Positions 42,645 through 54,837 are shown, numbered from the stretch's first letter. The stretch: DNA of 64,000 bases from an uncultured delta proteobacterium (GCA_963776345.1 CAVZMH010000013.1:160001-224000), one strand, 5' to 3'. Made by a program: numbers and translations. The notes: generated by a model not told the origin, from the letters alone.

Positions 42645-42749
42645 GGGAGACCCTTCCGTCTACCCGGCCGGGCCACCCGCTTCAAGGGCCGGCGAAGTCC
42701 AGGTGACCGGAAGGCGACGAGTGGCCGATCATTGCGCCTTCGGCCAGGC

Positions 42750-45029
42750 TCAGCGGGCCAGGGCCTGGGCCTCGGCGAGGTGCTCACCCCGGGGCTCCAG
42801 CTCGAGGTATTTCGCCGCGGCGACCCGGGCCTTCTCCCGGGTGCGCCGGTCGGCCCCGAGGAAGCGAGCGTAGAAGAAGTAGGCGTCCACGGCCGCCGGG
42901 TCGGTGTCCAGCGCCCGGCGGTACGCCTCGTCGGCCCGGGTCCGGTCTCCCTGGGCCTCGTAGGTGCGCCCCAGCTCGGTCAGGGCCTCCGCGATGCGCG
43001 ACCCCTGTCCGATGAACTCCTGGCTCGCCCGGGTGAGCTGCTCGACGCTCCTCGGGTAGTCCTTCTTCTCGCGGTACACGATGCCGAGCTGCAGCCGGGC
43101 GTCGGGATTCTTCGACTTCGGGTCGGCCAGGGCCTTGTCGTACTGCGCGACGGCGTCGTCCATCCGGCCCTGCCGGAAGTACACCTGCCCGAGCATCACC
43201 ATCAGCCGCGGGCTCTCGCCCATGGTGCGGATGGCGGTGGTGAGCGCCTCCTGCGCGTCGCGCGCTCCGTCGGGCTTCTGCATCAGCGCCCGGGCGAGAT
43301 CGACGTAGGCCTGGGCGCGGCTGGGGTCCGCCTTCACCGCCTCGCGCATCTCGCGGATGGCGGCGTCCGGCTGTCCGTCGACCAGCAGGCGCTTGCCCCG
43401 GAGCACGTGGAGCTCGGGGTTGTTCCTGTCCAGGGCGAACCCCTCCTCGTCCTCCTTGGCGACCAGCGCGATGCCCGCCGCCCGGTCGAGCGGCACCCCC
43501 GTGGCGTCGGCCAGCTTCCTGCCCACGTCCGGCTGGAGCCCGGTGACCGCCAGCTGGACGCGGGACACCAGCAGCGCTCTGGCCAGGTGGGCCACGGCGA
43601 GCTGCCGGGGGGAGGGGGGCGGGTCGGCGTCGAGGAGCTTCTTGAGGCTGATGGCGGCCGCGGGGAAACCCGCGGCGTTCTCCGAGTCGAGCGCCAGGAG
43701 CGCCCGGCCGAGCAGCGCCTCGGGGTGGTCCCTCTCGTAGCGCAGGGCGAAGCCGTAGTTCTGGTCCGCGGCGCGGGCGTCTCCCCGCCGCCGGTGGAGC
43801 GTCCCCAGGGCCGCGTACACCCGGGGATCGCTGGGTGCCGCCTGCTGCGCCTTCTCCAGGCTGTCGCGGGCGCGCTCCAGGTCACCGAGCTGCATCTGGA
43901 TGATGCCCTGGGTGAGCTCGAGGAAGGCGCTGGTCTGGCCCTTCTCGTCGAGCGCCTTGACCTTGGTCTCCAGGGTGGTGAGCGCCTGCGTGCCCTTTCC
44001 GGCGTACGCGGCCAGCAGGGCCTCGGCGGCGTCGGCGAAGCGGCTGTCCTGGTCACCGAGCCGGCGAACCGAGGCGAGGTGCTCCTCGGCGAAGCGCCGG
44101 GCGTCGTCCCCGTCGCCGTGCTCGCCCCAGCGGATGGCGTAGGCGTAGGCGAGGTACCCGTGGGCCAGCGCGCTGTTCGGCTCGATGTCCAGCGCCGCCG
44201 CCGCCGCGTCGGTGGCCTTCTTGTACGAGGCGAAGCTGTCGTGCCGGAGCTGCTCGCTGGCCTCCTTGAGGCTCTTCTTCAGCTTGATGTCGCGGGCGGC
44301 CTTCCACTGACCCCAGCCGTACCAGCCGCCGATGATCGCCACCGCGGCCAGGGCGGTGATGGCGAAGCGGGTGGCGTGGCCCTTCTTGGCCGGGGCCGAC
44401 GAGGCCTCGTCGTCCTCCTGCTGCGTGCGGCCCGGGGCCGTCCGCTGCACCGGCATGCCGTTCACCGAGCGGGTGCGTGGCGCGGCCTGCGGCCCGGCGC
44501 CCGTGCCGGGGGGCCCCTCGGAGAGACGGGGAGGGCCGGAGCGCGTGCCGCCCACGGCGGCCACCGGCGCCGGCGCGGGCTCGGGGGGCGGCGCCGGCCT
44601 GGGCGGCTCGATCTTCCACTGCGCGAACGCGGCGGTGGTCTCGGGGTCCTTCGGGTCCAGCTCCCAGACCTTCTGCAGGGTGGCCTTCCCCCCCGGGGCG
44701 TCGCCCGAGCGCATCTGCACCGCGGCGAGCGCGCGGAGCACGGCGCGGTCGGTCGGCGCGACACCCAGCGCGCCCTGCAGCTCGTCGAGCGCCTTCTTGT
44801 CCTTGCCCTGCTCGGAGTAGACGCGGGCGAGAAGCAGGCGCGGGTCGGGGCGGTTGGGATGCGCCTTCACGCCCTTCTTGCAGACCACCATCGCTTCCAT
44901 GAAGCGGCCGGCGGCGAGGTACGCCTCGGCGAGCGGGCGGTAGGCGTCCGAGGCAGGGTCCGAGTTGAACGCGCTCTCCAGCTTCGCGAGCTCCTGGGGG
45001 CTCAGCGTCTTCGCAGGCGGGGGGCTCAT
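42750..45029 (-). CDS. Bitopic TPR protein
   Basis: N-terminal TPRs, Pro-rich linker, one TM (FAITALAAVAIIGGWYGW), many C-terminal TPRs. Confidence 0.8.
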   Translation of the reverse strand: MSPPPAKTLSPQELAKLESAFNSDPASDAYRPLAEAYLAAGRFMEAMVVCKKGVKAHPNRPDPRLLLARVYSEQGKDKKALDELQGALGVAPTDRAVLRALAAVQMRSGDAPGGKATLQKVWELDPKDPETTAAFAQWKIEPPRPAPPPEPAPAPVAAVGGTRSGPPRLSEGPPGTGAGPQAAPRTRSVNGMPVQRTAPGRTQQEDDEASSAPAKKGHATRFAITALAAVAIIGGWYGWGQWKAARDIKLKKSLKEASEQLRHDSFASYKKATDAAAAALDIEPNSALAHGYLAYAYAIRWGEHGDGDDARRFAEEHLASVRRLGDQDSRFADAAEALLAAYAGKGTQALTTLETKVKALDEKGQTSAFLELTQGIIQMQLGDLERARDSLEKAQQAAPSDPRVYAALGTLHRRRGDARAADQNYGFALRYERDHPEALLGRALLALDSENAAGFPAAAISLKKLLDADPPPSPRQLAVAHLARALLVSRVQLAVTGLQPDVGRKLADATGVPLDRAAGIALVAKEDEEGFALDRNNPELHVLRGKRLLVDGQPDAAIREMREAVKADPSRAQAYVDLARALMQKPDGARDAQEALTTAIRTMGESPRLMVMLGQVYFRQGRMDDAVAQYDKALADPKSKNPDARLQLGIVYREKKDYPRSVEQLTRASQEFIGQGSRIAEALTELGRTYEAQGDRTRADEAYRRALDTDPAAVDAYFFYARFLGADRRTREKARVAAAKYLELEPRGEHLAEAQALAR

Positions 45030-45082
45030 CGAATGCGGCGGAATCTAAAGGAAAGCACCCCTCGTCGAAAGCCGGACGTCCG

Positions 45083-45113
45083 TTGACACACCCCCCGGGG
45101 GGCGTTGTAGGAG
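45083..45113 (+). promoter_or_regulatory. Candidate tRNA-Ala promoter
   Basis: Perfect TTGACA; spacer holds a C6G6 palindrome; weak -10 TAGGAG at 19 nt. Confidence 0.4.
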
Positions 45114-45130
45114 CCGCTGTCCCGTTCTTC

Positions 45131-45203
<73 letters not shown>

Positions 45204-45222
45204 CTCACCGGGTCGTGAAGCG

Positions 45223-46308
45223 GTGACGGGGCCCGGGAATCCCCCGGCCCCCCCCACCCGCCCTCCGACCCTGCTCCCCGTCCAGGTCGTCCAGTGGGAC
45301 GGCAGCCGCGGCGCGCTCGAGGGCGGGGGTCGGACCTTTCCCTTCACCCGCGCCGACGTGGTCGGCTTCCATCCGGCGCCCGGCCTGTCCGCGGTGGCGG
45401 AGCTCGGGGCCGACGGGAGCCTGCTCCGCCTCACCCTCCCCGGGCACCCGGTGCGTCCGGAGCCCCCGGCCGGGCGGCCGTTCGGCTGGGCCACGGTGCT
45501 CGTCGCCGCCGAGCTGGGCAGCAGCGGCGCGCGATGGCAGGAGGCGCTGGGCCGCGGGCTGCCCGCCGGCGCTCGGCTGACCGCGCGGGCGCTTCCCGAG
45601 GGCGGCACGCTGGTGGAGGCGCGGTGGCCGGGCGCGCATCTGCTCCTCCGCGAGCGACGGGCGACCGAGCACGGCGCGCTGGAGCGGCGTCTGGTGCCCG
45701 CCGGCGCCACGCTGCCTCCCGTCGTCTGGGAGGTGCTCCCCGCGGGCGTGCTCCCCTCGGAGGAGCGGCGGCTGCTCGGCCCCGAGGCGGCCGACCCCTG
45801 GGTCCCATCCGGCGCGACGCGGCTCCTGGTCCGGGTGCTGCGGGCGGCGCTCGAGGCCGGCGGCACGTTCCTGATCGCCGAGCACGCCGGGCGCCTCCTG
45901 CTCGGGGCGGACGAGGCGCGGGGCAGGCTCGGGGACCCCGACGACGCCGAGGCGCGGCCGTTCGGCGCCTTCATCGACTGGGCGCTCACCGAGGACCGGG
46001 CGCGTTACCGCACCCTGGGGATGGCGGTGGCCGGCGGCGAAGATCTGGAGATCGAGATCCTCCACCGGGAGAGCGAGGTGGAGCTGGACAGCGCCGAGTC
46101 GGCGCTGCTCTTCGGCTGCCACCTCCAGGTGCGCGGCGCGCGGCTGCTCGAGGACGGAGAGGTCTTCTACGTCCCGAAGGACGTGCGCATCGGCCCGCGC
46201 GGGGCGAGTGCCACCGCGCGCACCGGCTACAAGTACGTGGTGGCGCGGCCGCCGATGCAGGCCGTCAGCGGGGCGGCGCGCCCGCGGGTCCAGCTCCTGC
46301 GGGGCTGA
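45223..46308 (+). CDS. Hypothetical protein (C-terminus DUF4261-like)
   Basis: Long ORF with GC3-biased codons; YRTLGMAVAGGEDLEI resembles DUF4261. Confidence 0.55.
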   Translation: MTGPGNPPAPPTRPPTLLPVQVVQWDGSRGALEGGGRTFPFTRADVVGFHPAPGLSAVAELGADGSLLRLTLPGHPVRPEPPAGRPFGWATVLVAAELGSSGARWQEALGRGLPAGARLTARALPEGGTLVEARWPGAHLLLRERRATEHGALERRLVPAGATLPPVVWEVLPAGVLPSEERRLLGPEAADPWVPSGATRLLVRVLRAALEAGGTFLIAEHAGRLLLGADEARGRLGDPDDAEARPFGAFIDWALTEDRARYRTLGMAVAGGEDLEIEILHRESEVELDSAESALLFGCHLQVRGARLLEDGEVFYVPKDVRIGPRGASATARTGYKYVVARPPMQAVSGAARPRVQLLRG

Positions 46309-46318
46309 GACGAGAACA

Positions 46319-46347
46319 CCCACGCCCCGGGGACGCCGGGACGTGGG
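46319..46347. terminator. Hairpin between convergent genes
   Basis: CCCACGCCCCGG-GGACG-CCGGGACGTGGG. Confidence 0.45.
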
Positions 46348-46375
46348 CGCGATGCCCGGGGGGCCTCCGTGCCGC

Positions 46376-47716
<1,341 letters not shown>

Positions 47717-48030
47717 CGTCTCGCTCCTTGGGGCAGGCTCGCGCGACGCCTCGTGACGCAGCGCTACGGTGTCAATCTGTGTATCGAATGACATGTCGCG
47801 CTGTAAAGCTGAAATCTCTCCCGAGAGCAGGCACCTGGCACTGTGGCCTAACGAGTCATGCTCCCAATCCAGGGTGTATTAGTGTGGCGAAAGCTGAGTT
47901 GAATGTAAATTAGTCAAAACGATGCCAGGCCGGTGCCGCATCCCTGGCGCACTGGGCGCTTCAGGGGAACGCCCTGCTGCGGCTCGCGATCGGACACCCC
48001 GGGGAACGCAGGCGGGGGCCCTGCGCTGGA

Positions 48031-48414
48031 TCAGCGCTCGACGGCGGGGACCCGTCGGGGCGCCGCGGCATGCTCCTCGGGTTCAGCGCGGGCACCCGCC
48101 ACGGGCCCGGGCGCCGTCTCGCCTGGCTCGGCCGGGGCGGCTCCCGCCGGCTCCGGGCGCTTCTTCGGCGTGGCCGCACCCCGGCACCCCCGGCACCAGG
48201 GCTGGTTGCGGATGGCGCCGTCCGGCATCTTCCGCAGCCCGAACTGGGCCAGCGGCCGGACGTGATGGCACTTGAGGCACATCAGGGTGATGAGGACCTC
48301 GTGCCCGTCGGCGTCGAAGACCGCGCTCGCCCGGCGTTTCTTCGGGCGCGGTCCCTCCGCAACGGAGGGCCGGCGCGCCGGCGGCGCGAGGGCGGGCGTC
48401 ACCTTGTAGAGCAT
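48031..48414 (-). CDS. Small putative zinc-finger protein
   Basis: MLYKVTP...CLKC...QFGLRKMPDGAIRNQPWCRGC; joined to the upstream gene in the ORF track only because of frameshifts. Confidence 0.6.
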   Translation of the reverse strand: MLYKVTPALAPPARRPSVAEGPRPKKRRASAVFDADGHEVLITLMCLKCHHVRPLAQFGLRKMPDGAIRNQPWCRGCRGAATPKKRPEPAGAAPAEPGETAPGPVAGARAEPEEHAAAPRRVPAVER

Positions 48415-48467
48415 GGTTCCCTGGATCAACCAGGAGCCCCTGACACCCGCCTGCCCGGACCAGTCGA

Positions 48468-49737
48468 TCAGCGGCGTTGGCGGCGCCGCGGCAAGAGCAG
48501 CAGGGCCAGCGCCGCCAGGAGCCCGGCGAGCGCCGGTCCCCCGGCGGTGGAGGCGCAGCTCGAGTGCTCGACCGGGATGCCCGGGGACAGCGGCGGTCCA
48601 CCGGTGGTCGGCCTGGAGCCTCCGTCCACCCCGCGTCCCAGGTCGTGCCCCCATCCGGCAGTCTGCGCCGGCGTCGCCCGGGAGGCGCGGGTCGGTGGTG
48701 GAGTCGATGACCAGGCCTCCGTCGACCTGCCCGGCCAGGACGTCCCAGCGCAGCAGCGCCAGGTCCGTCTGCGTCCGGTCGCCGACCGCGACGACCCCCT
48801 TGGGCAGCGCCGTCCCCGCGGGCAGGTTGGTGACGGCGACCCCGGCCGGGGAGGTGATCGGCCCCAGCGCGTCCTGGGGGATGACCCGGAACGCACCGGG
48901 CCTCGGGTCGGCCTGCAGCAGGTCGTAGACGGTGAGCCCCTGGCCGTTGGCCGCGAGCAGGTATCCGGCGTCCGAGGCCTGGTAGACGGCGAGTCCGCTC
49001 ACCGGAGGCGCGAGGCGCCCCCCGCTCACCAGCGCAGCGTCGAACACCGTGGGCGCGCCAGCGTCGAGGTTCGGGTCGAACCGGTACACATCGCCGAGCA
49101 CCCTCCCCCCGACGAAGCCGATGTTCCGGAGCCCATCGAAGGTCAGGGTGTTGGGCTCGTCGAAGGAGCCGCTCCCGGTGGGGGCACCTGCGCCGCTGAA
49201 GCCCTGGGTCGCGCTCACCGTCCCGCTCGACAGGTCCAGGTCCCAGCGGTCGATCATCTTGGAGGCGTCCAGGACGAGCAGCGCCGCACCGCCATCGGGC
49301 AGCGCAGAGAGCGCGATGGCCGAGGACCCGGGGATGGGCGAGGCAGGCCCGCCCGCGGAAATGAAGGTGCCGGATTCCACCGTCCCGAAGAGAATGCTCC
49401 CGAGGGAGCTGACCGCGAGCAGCGTCCGGTATTGCGTCCCGACCAGGACGCCTGGCGCGGCGGCCACCGCATCGACCTGCGCGGGGAGGCCGCTCAGCGT
49501 GGCGAGCGCGCGCGTGCCCAGCAGGAAGGGAACCGACGTCCCGCCTCCGGTCCCGAAGAGCAGCGACTGCGCCGCATCCACGCCTGGATCCGGCAGCCAG
49601 AGGGACGTCTGCATCGCGGTGGCCCCGACGGGAGAGGTGGCCGGAGTGCGCGCGACGATGGGCACGAAGTAGGTGTTCGGCTGGGCGGAGGCGAGCGCTC
49701 CCAGGAGCAGAACCGTGGCGAATGCGGTGCGGGTCAC
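48468..49737 (-). CDS. Phytase-like beta-propeller surface protein with MYXO-CTERM; about two frameshifts near 48630-48665
   Basis: Signal peptide, GLAVY...YLLA, GVAVTNLP..LPKGVVAVGD; tail SSCASTAGGPALAGLLAALALLLLPRRRQRR lies in another frame. Confidence 0.7.
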
Positions 49738-49787
49738 GTGCAGCGCCCGATACTACCACCCCGTGCCTGGAGCGCCCCGGGAACCGG

Positions 49788-50873
49788 TCAGGTGCGCACC
49801 ACGCTCCGGTAGACCTCCACCAGGTGCGCCGCGACGACGTCCCACCGGAAGGCGCGCGCGTGCTCCCGGCCCGCCTCTCCCCGGCGCGTGCGCTCGGCCG
49901 GATCCTCGAGCAGCCGCTCCAGCGCCGCGGCGAGCGCCCGGGCGTCGTCGGGGGCAACCTGGACCGCCGCCTCGCCGCAGACCTCGGGCAGCGCGGCCGC
50001 GGTGCTGACCACCGCCGGCGTCCCGAGCGCCATGGCCTCCAGCGGCGGCAGCCCGAAGCCCTCGTCGCGGGAGGGGAAGACGAAGACCGGCGCGGCCGCC
50101 ATGAGCGCCCAGAGCAGCGGCTCGGCGAGGAACCCGAGCGGACGGATGTCCAGGCCGCCGGCGCGGAGCAGGCCGATGCGGCGCTCGACCGGTCCCGAGC
50201 CGTACCAGCGCTGTCCGGCGAGCACCAGCGCGGGCGCGCGCGGCCCGAGCCGCTCCAGGGCATCGAGCACCAGGTCGACGTTCTTCCGCGCGTCGAGCGC
50301 GCCGGCGAAGAGGACCCAGCGCTCCGGGAGCCCGAGGCTCCTGAGCCAGCCGCGCGAGGCGGCGTCGAGCGGCGCGAGCCGGACGTGGTCGACGCCGTTG
50401 TGCACCACCGAGACCCGCGCCGGGTCCAGGTCGGGGTGGCGGGCGAGGAGCTGCGCACGGGTCCACGCGCTCACGCACACCACGTGGTCGGCCACCCGGA
50501 GGCTCCGCTGGAGCCACAGCCGGAACTGCCAGCGGAAGGCCCAGGAGACGGTGTCCGGCGAGGTGAGGGGGATGAGGTCGTGCACCGTGAGCACGAACGG
50601 CACGCCCGGGACCCGGAGCAGCGGCAGGTCGACGTTGCCCACCGCGTGGAACACCGACGCCCCGCTCCGGGGCAGCAGGCGCGGGAGCTCGCCGAGCGTG
50701 TGGAGCGTGCGGCTGCGCACCCGCCGCGGCAGCTCGCCCGAGCGTCGCGCGCCGACGCGCAGCACGCGGACTCCGCGCTGCGCGAGCGCCTCGGCCACCG
50801 AGCGGGTGTAGCGGCCGATGCCGGTGGCCGGCTCGTCCCACAGCGTCGCGTCGAGGGCCACGGTGAGCTCCAC
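49788..50873 (-). CDS. GT4 glycosyltransferase
   Basis: TGIGRY, TVHDLIP, RKN, FPSRDEGFGLPPLEAMALG. Confidence 0.9.
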   Translation of the reverse strand: MELTVALDATLWDEPATGIGRYTRSVAEALAQRGVRVLRVGARRSGELPRRVRSRTLHTLGELPRLLPRSGASVFHAVGNVDLPLLRVPGVPFVLTVHDLIPLTSPDTVSWAFRWQFRLWLQRSLRVADHVVCVSAWTRAQLLARHPDLDPARVSVVHNGVDHVRLAPLDAASRGWLRSLGLPERWVLFAGALDARKNVDLVLDALERLGPRAPALVLAGQRWYGSGPVERRIGLLRAGGLDIRPLGFLAEPLLWALMAAAPVFVFPSRDEGFGLPPLEAMALGTPAVVSTAAALPEVCGEAAVQVAPDDARALAAALERLLEDPAERTRRGEAGREHARAFRWDVVAAHLVEVYRSVVRT

Positions 50874-50918
50874 GGGCGGGCGAACCCTGACACATGTGCT
50901 AGAGCCCCCGCGAGCTTC

Positions 50919-53154
50919 ATGGCCGTCCACCAGCTCGTGCCCCACTTCCGCATCGGCGATGCCACCGCGCAGGCGGCGGTCCACTTCCAGGCGCTGCTCC
51001 GACGCCTGGGACACTGGGGAGAGCTGTTCAGCGTCAGCCAGGACGCCGGAACGGAGGCGCTGGTGCAGCCGGTGGAGGCGCTGCGGGTGCAGCCCACGGA
51101 CCTGGTCCTGCTCCACCATGCGATCGGGAGCCGGCTCTCGGCGCGACTGCTCCACGTCCCCTGCCGCCGCGGGGTGGTGTTCCACAACCTCTCCCCGGTC
51201 CGCTTCTACCGCGGGACGCCGCTCGAGCCGCTGCTCCTCGCCGGGCGGGCGCAGCTGGCGGGGATGGCCGGGCACGTGGATCTGGCGATCGGCGTCTCGG
51301 AGTTCAACTCCGCCGAGCTCCGCCGGGCGGGCTACGCCAACGTGCACACCGTCCCGCTCTTCGTCGAGCCCGAGCGGTTCGGCCCGGACCGGGTCGACCG
51401 GGCGATGCAGACCCGGCTCGCCTCGCCGGCGTTCACGCTGGTGAGCGTGAGCCGGGTGGTGCCGCACAAGCGCTTCGAGGATCTCCTGTCGCTCCATCGC
51501 GAGGTGCTGCGGCTCCGCCCGGACGCGCGGCTCCTGGTGGTGGGCGGGGTGGACCGGCTGTTCCCCGCGGTGCGGGCGCTGGAGGCGGAGGCGGCCAGGA
51601 CGCCCGGGGTGGAGCTGCTCGGCCGGGTGAGCCACGGGGAGCTGGTGGCGGTCTACCGCAGCGGCTCGGTGTTCGTGTCCATGAGCGAGCACGAGGGCTT
51701 CGGGGTGCCGCTCCTCGAGGCGATGGCGGCGGACGTCCCGGTGCTCGCCTACGCCGCGGCGGCGGTGCCGGAGACGCTGGGCGGGGCGGGCGTCGGCTTC
51801 GACGAGAAGCGGTTCGCGCTGCTGGCGGAGCTGGCGGTCCGGCTCGGCACGGACGCGAGGCTGCGCACGCGGGTCGTGGCCGGGCAGCGGCGGCGACTCG
51901 CGGCGCTCGGGGCGCGCCACAGCCAGGAACGGCTGGGGGCGGCGCTGCAGAGCGTGGGCCTGCGCCGACCGGCGAGGGCACCTTCCCGCCGCCGGCGGCC
52001 GCGGGTGGGCATCATCGTGCAGCGCTACGGTCCGGGAATCACCGGCGGAGCCGAGGCGCTCGCGGCGCAGGTGGTGACCCGGCTCCTCCCGCACTGGGAG
52101 ATGCGCGTCCTCACCAGCTGCGCCACGGACCACCTCCGATGGGACAACACCTTCCCGCCCGGGAGAGTCGACGGTGGACGGCGTGCCGGTGCTGCGCTTC
52201 CCCAGCCGGCGCCCCCGGCCGATGGAGGAGCTGAACGCGCTCTCCCGCCGGCTGTTCGGCCACTCGCTGGATCGGGCCGAGGAGGAGAACTGGATGGCGC
52301 TCCAGGGCCCGCTCCTGCCCGGGCTGTGGCGCCACCTGGCGGAGCGGGGAACGGAGTACGACGGCTTCGTCGCCTTCACCTACCTCTTCGTCTCCACCGC
52401 CTGGTCCGTGCCGCTGGTTGCAGACCGCATGCTGCTGGTGCCCACCGCGCACGACGAGGAGGCGCTGGCCTTCGACGCCTACGCCGAGGTCTTCGAGCGG
52501 CCGCGGGCGCTGCTGGTGAACACGCCCGAGGAGCAGGAGCTCATCGCCCGGCGCTTTCCGCGCCATGCGCGGGCGCGGGTGGTGGGCGCGGGGGTGGAAG
52601 CGCCGCCGGCGCGGGGCGACCGCTTCCGGGCGCGGTTCGAGCTTCCCGGGCCGTACCTGTTCTACCTGGGGCGCGTGGAGCGGGGAAAGGGAATCCCGGA
52701 GCTGCTCGCGGCGTACGCTCGACTCCGGGCGGCGAGCGCGCACGCGCCGGAGCTGGTCCTGGCCGGGGAGGCGAGCATGGACATCCGGGAGGAAGGGGTG
52801 CGGGTGCTGGGTCGGGTGGGCGAGCAGGAGAAGTGGGACGGGCTGGCCGGGGCGCTGGCGGCGGTGGTGCCCTCGGCGAAGGAGAGCCTGTCGTTGCTCG
52901 CGCTGGAAGCCTTCGCGGTGGGGACGCCGGTGCTGGGGAACGCGGCCAGCCCGGTGGTCCGCGGACACGTGGAGCGCAGCAGCGCGGGGATGGCCTATGC
53001 CGATGCGGACGGGTTCGTGGAGGGCGTGGCCCGCGTGGAGCGGGAGCGGGCGGCGATGTCGCGTGCCGCGCGCCGCTACGCCGGCAAGCACGGATGGACC
53101 CAGGTGGTGAAGGCTTACCGCGAGGAGATGGACGCGATGACGAGGGCCCGATGA
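50919..53154 (+). CDS. Tandem GT4-GT4 glycosyltransferase, frameshift near 52165
   Basis: First domain SEHEGFGVPLLEAM; second starts IVQRYG..GGAE and continues in another frame (GVPVLRFP...ESLSLLALEA). Confidence 0.8.
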
Positions 53155-53594
53155 AGCTCCTGGGACGGGACATCGACGCGCGGGAGCTGCTCCGGGTGGC
53201 CCGGGAGCGGCTGGAGGCGCGCGGGATCCGCGAGGACGCACGGGCGGTGGAGGAGGAGCCCGAGCCGCTGCTCGAGCCGCTGTCCTTCCTGGTGCGCTCG
53301 CTCGAGTCGAACGAGGACCCCACCGTGGGGCTGCCCATCCTCAGCCACCGCACGGGGCTGGGCCGCGGCGTGGTGGCGGCGAAGTGGCTCTTCCGCCGGA
53401 CCTGCCAGGTGTTCATCAACGAGGCGCTGGGGCGGCAGCGGCTGTTCAACGCCCAGGTGCGAGACCTCTCCGCGCAGCTGGCGGCCGAGGTGATCCGGCT
53501 CCGGGCGCGGGTGGAGGCGCTGGAGGCCGAGAAGGTCGAGCGTCAGCGGCTCCCGGCCTCCCCGAGGCGGCGGACGGGGAAGGCCCGGAGATGA
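53151..53594 (+). CDS. Hypothetical coiled-coil protein in the polysaccharide export operon
   Basis: ATGA overlaps on both sides; SHRTGLGRGVVAAKWLFRR...QRLFN followed by heptads. Confidence 0.7.
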   Translation: MKLLGRDIDARELLRVARERLEARGIREDARAVEEEPEPLLEPLSFLVRSLESNEDPTVGLPILSHRTGLGRGVVAAKWLFRRTCQVFINEALGRQRLFNAQVRDLSAQLAAEVIRLRARVEALEAEKVERQRLPASPRRRTGKARR

Positions 53595-54371
53595 TCAAGA
53601 ACCTCCAGGAGCTCTGGCAGTACCGGGCCCTGCTCTGGAACCTGACCCAGCGGGAGCTGAAGGCGCGCTACCGCGGCTCGGCGCTGGGGTTCCTCTGGAC
53701 GTTCGTGAACCCGCTGCTTGCTCATGGCGGTGTACGCGCTGGTCTTCGGCGTCATCCAGAAGAGCAGCATCCCGCACTACACCTACTTCCTCTTCGTGGG
53801 GCTGCTCCCGTGGATCTGGTTCTCGACCTCCGTGGGGTCGGGGGCCAGCACCATCAGCGACCGGCGGGACCTCCTGACCAAGGTGCGATTTCCGGCGCAG
53901 GTGCTCCCGGCGACGGTGGTGACCACGAACCTGATCAACTTCCTGCTCTCGCTCCCACTGATGGTGGGCCTGGGAGCGATCGTGGGCATCTGGCCCGACG
54001 TGTACACCTTGGCCTTTCCCCTGGTCCTGTTCGCCCAGCTGGTGTTCACGCTGGCGGTGACCTTCATCGTCTCCGCGCTGAACGTCCGGTTCCGGGACCT
54101 GCAGCACATCGTGCAGAACGTGCTGACGCTCTGGTTCTTCGTCACCCCGGTGCTCTACATCCCCAACGCGATCCCCGAGGTCGCGCGGCGGCTGTACCTG
54201 ATCGCCAACCCGATGGCGGTGATCATCAACTCGTACCACGGCATCTTCTACGAGCACCGCTGGCCGCACTGGCGGGCGCTGGCGCTGGTGACCCTCGCCT
54301 CCCTGGTGCTGCTGGCCATCGCCGCGCGGGTGTTCGAGGGTCGGCGCGAGGAGTTCGCCGAGCTGATCTGA
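53591..54371 (+). CDS. wzm: Polysaccharide ABC exporter permease Wzm, frameshift near 53718
   Basis: [22 protein letters not shown] then LMAVY..., KVRFP, RDLQHI, TPVLY, NPM. Confidence 0.85.
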
Positions 54372-54375
54372 GGCC

Positions 54376-54837
54376 ATGAGCGACGCCATCGTCCTGCGGC
54401 AGGTGAGCAAGACCTTCCGCAAGAGCACCATCAAGCGGGAGTACACCACCGTGAAGAGCGAGGTGGTGCGCTGGCTGCGGCGCCAGAAGCGGCCGGAGGC
54501 GCCGTCCTCGAGCATCCACGCGCTCCGGGACGTCTCGCTGACCGTGCCGGAGGGGAAGACCTACGGGCTGGTGGGCCGGAACGGCTCGGGCAAGTCGACC
54601 TTGTTGAAGCTGGTGACCGGCATCTACTCTCCGACCTCGGGGACGGTGGAGGTGCATGGCCGCATCTCCGCGCTGCTGGAGCTGGGCGCGGGCTTCCATC
54701 CGGACTTCTCGGGCCGGGAGAACATCCTGGTGAACGGGATCATCCTCGGGATGTCGCGGAAGGAGATCCGCTCCCGGGTGGACGAGATCATCGAGTTCTC
54801 CGAGCTGGGCGACTTCATCGACGAGCCGGTGCGCACC
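54376..54837 (+). pseudogene. wzt: Wzt ATPase truncated before the ABC signature
   Basis: [40 protein letters not shown], then unrelated sequence where YSSGM is expected. Confidence 0.85.

Noticed and set aside
48031..49737. Apparent phytase-zinc finger fusion
   Set aside because: The MYXO-CTERM tail in another frame shows two genes joined by indels.
49722..53594. Apparent 1290-aa giant glycosyltransferase
   Set aside because: It is a composite of an antisense shadow, the first GT4 domain, off-frame sequence after a frameshift, and the separate 53151 gene.
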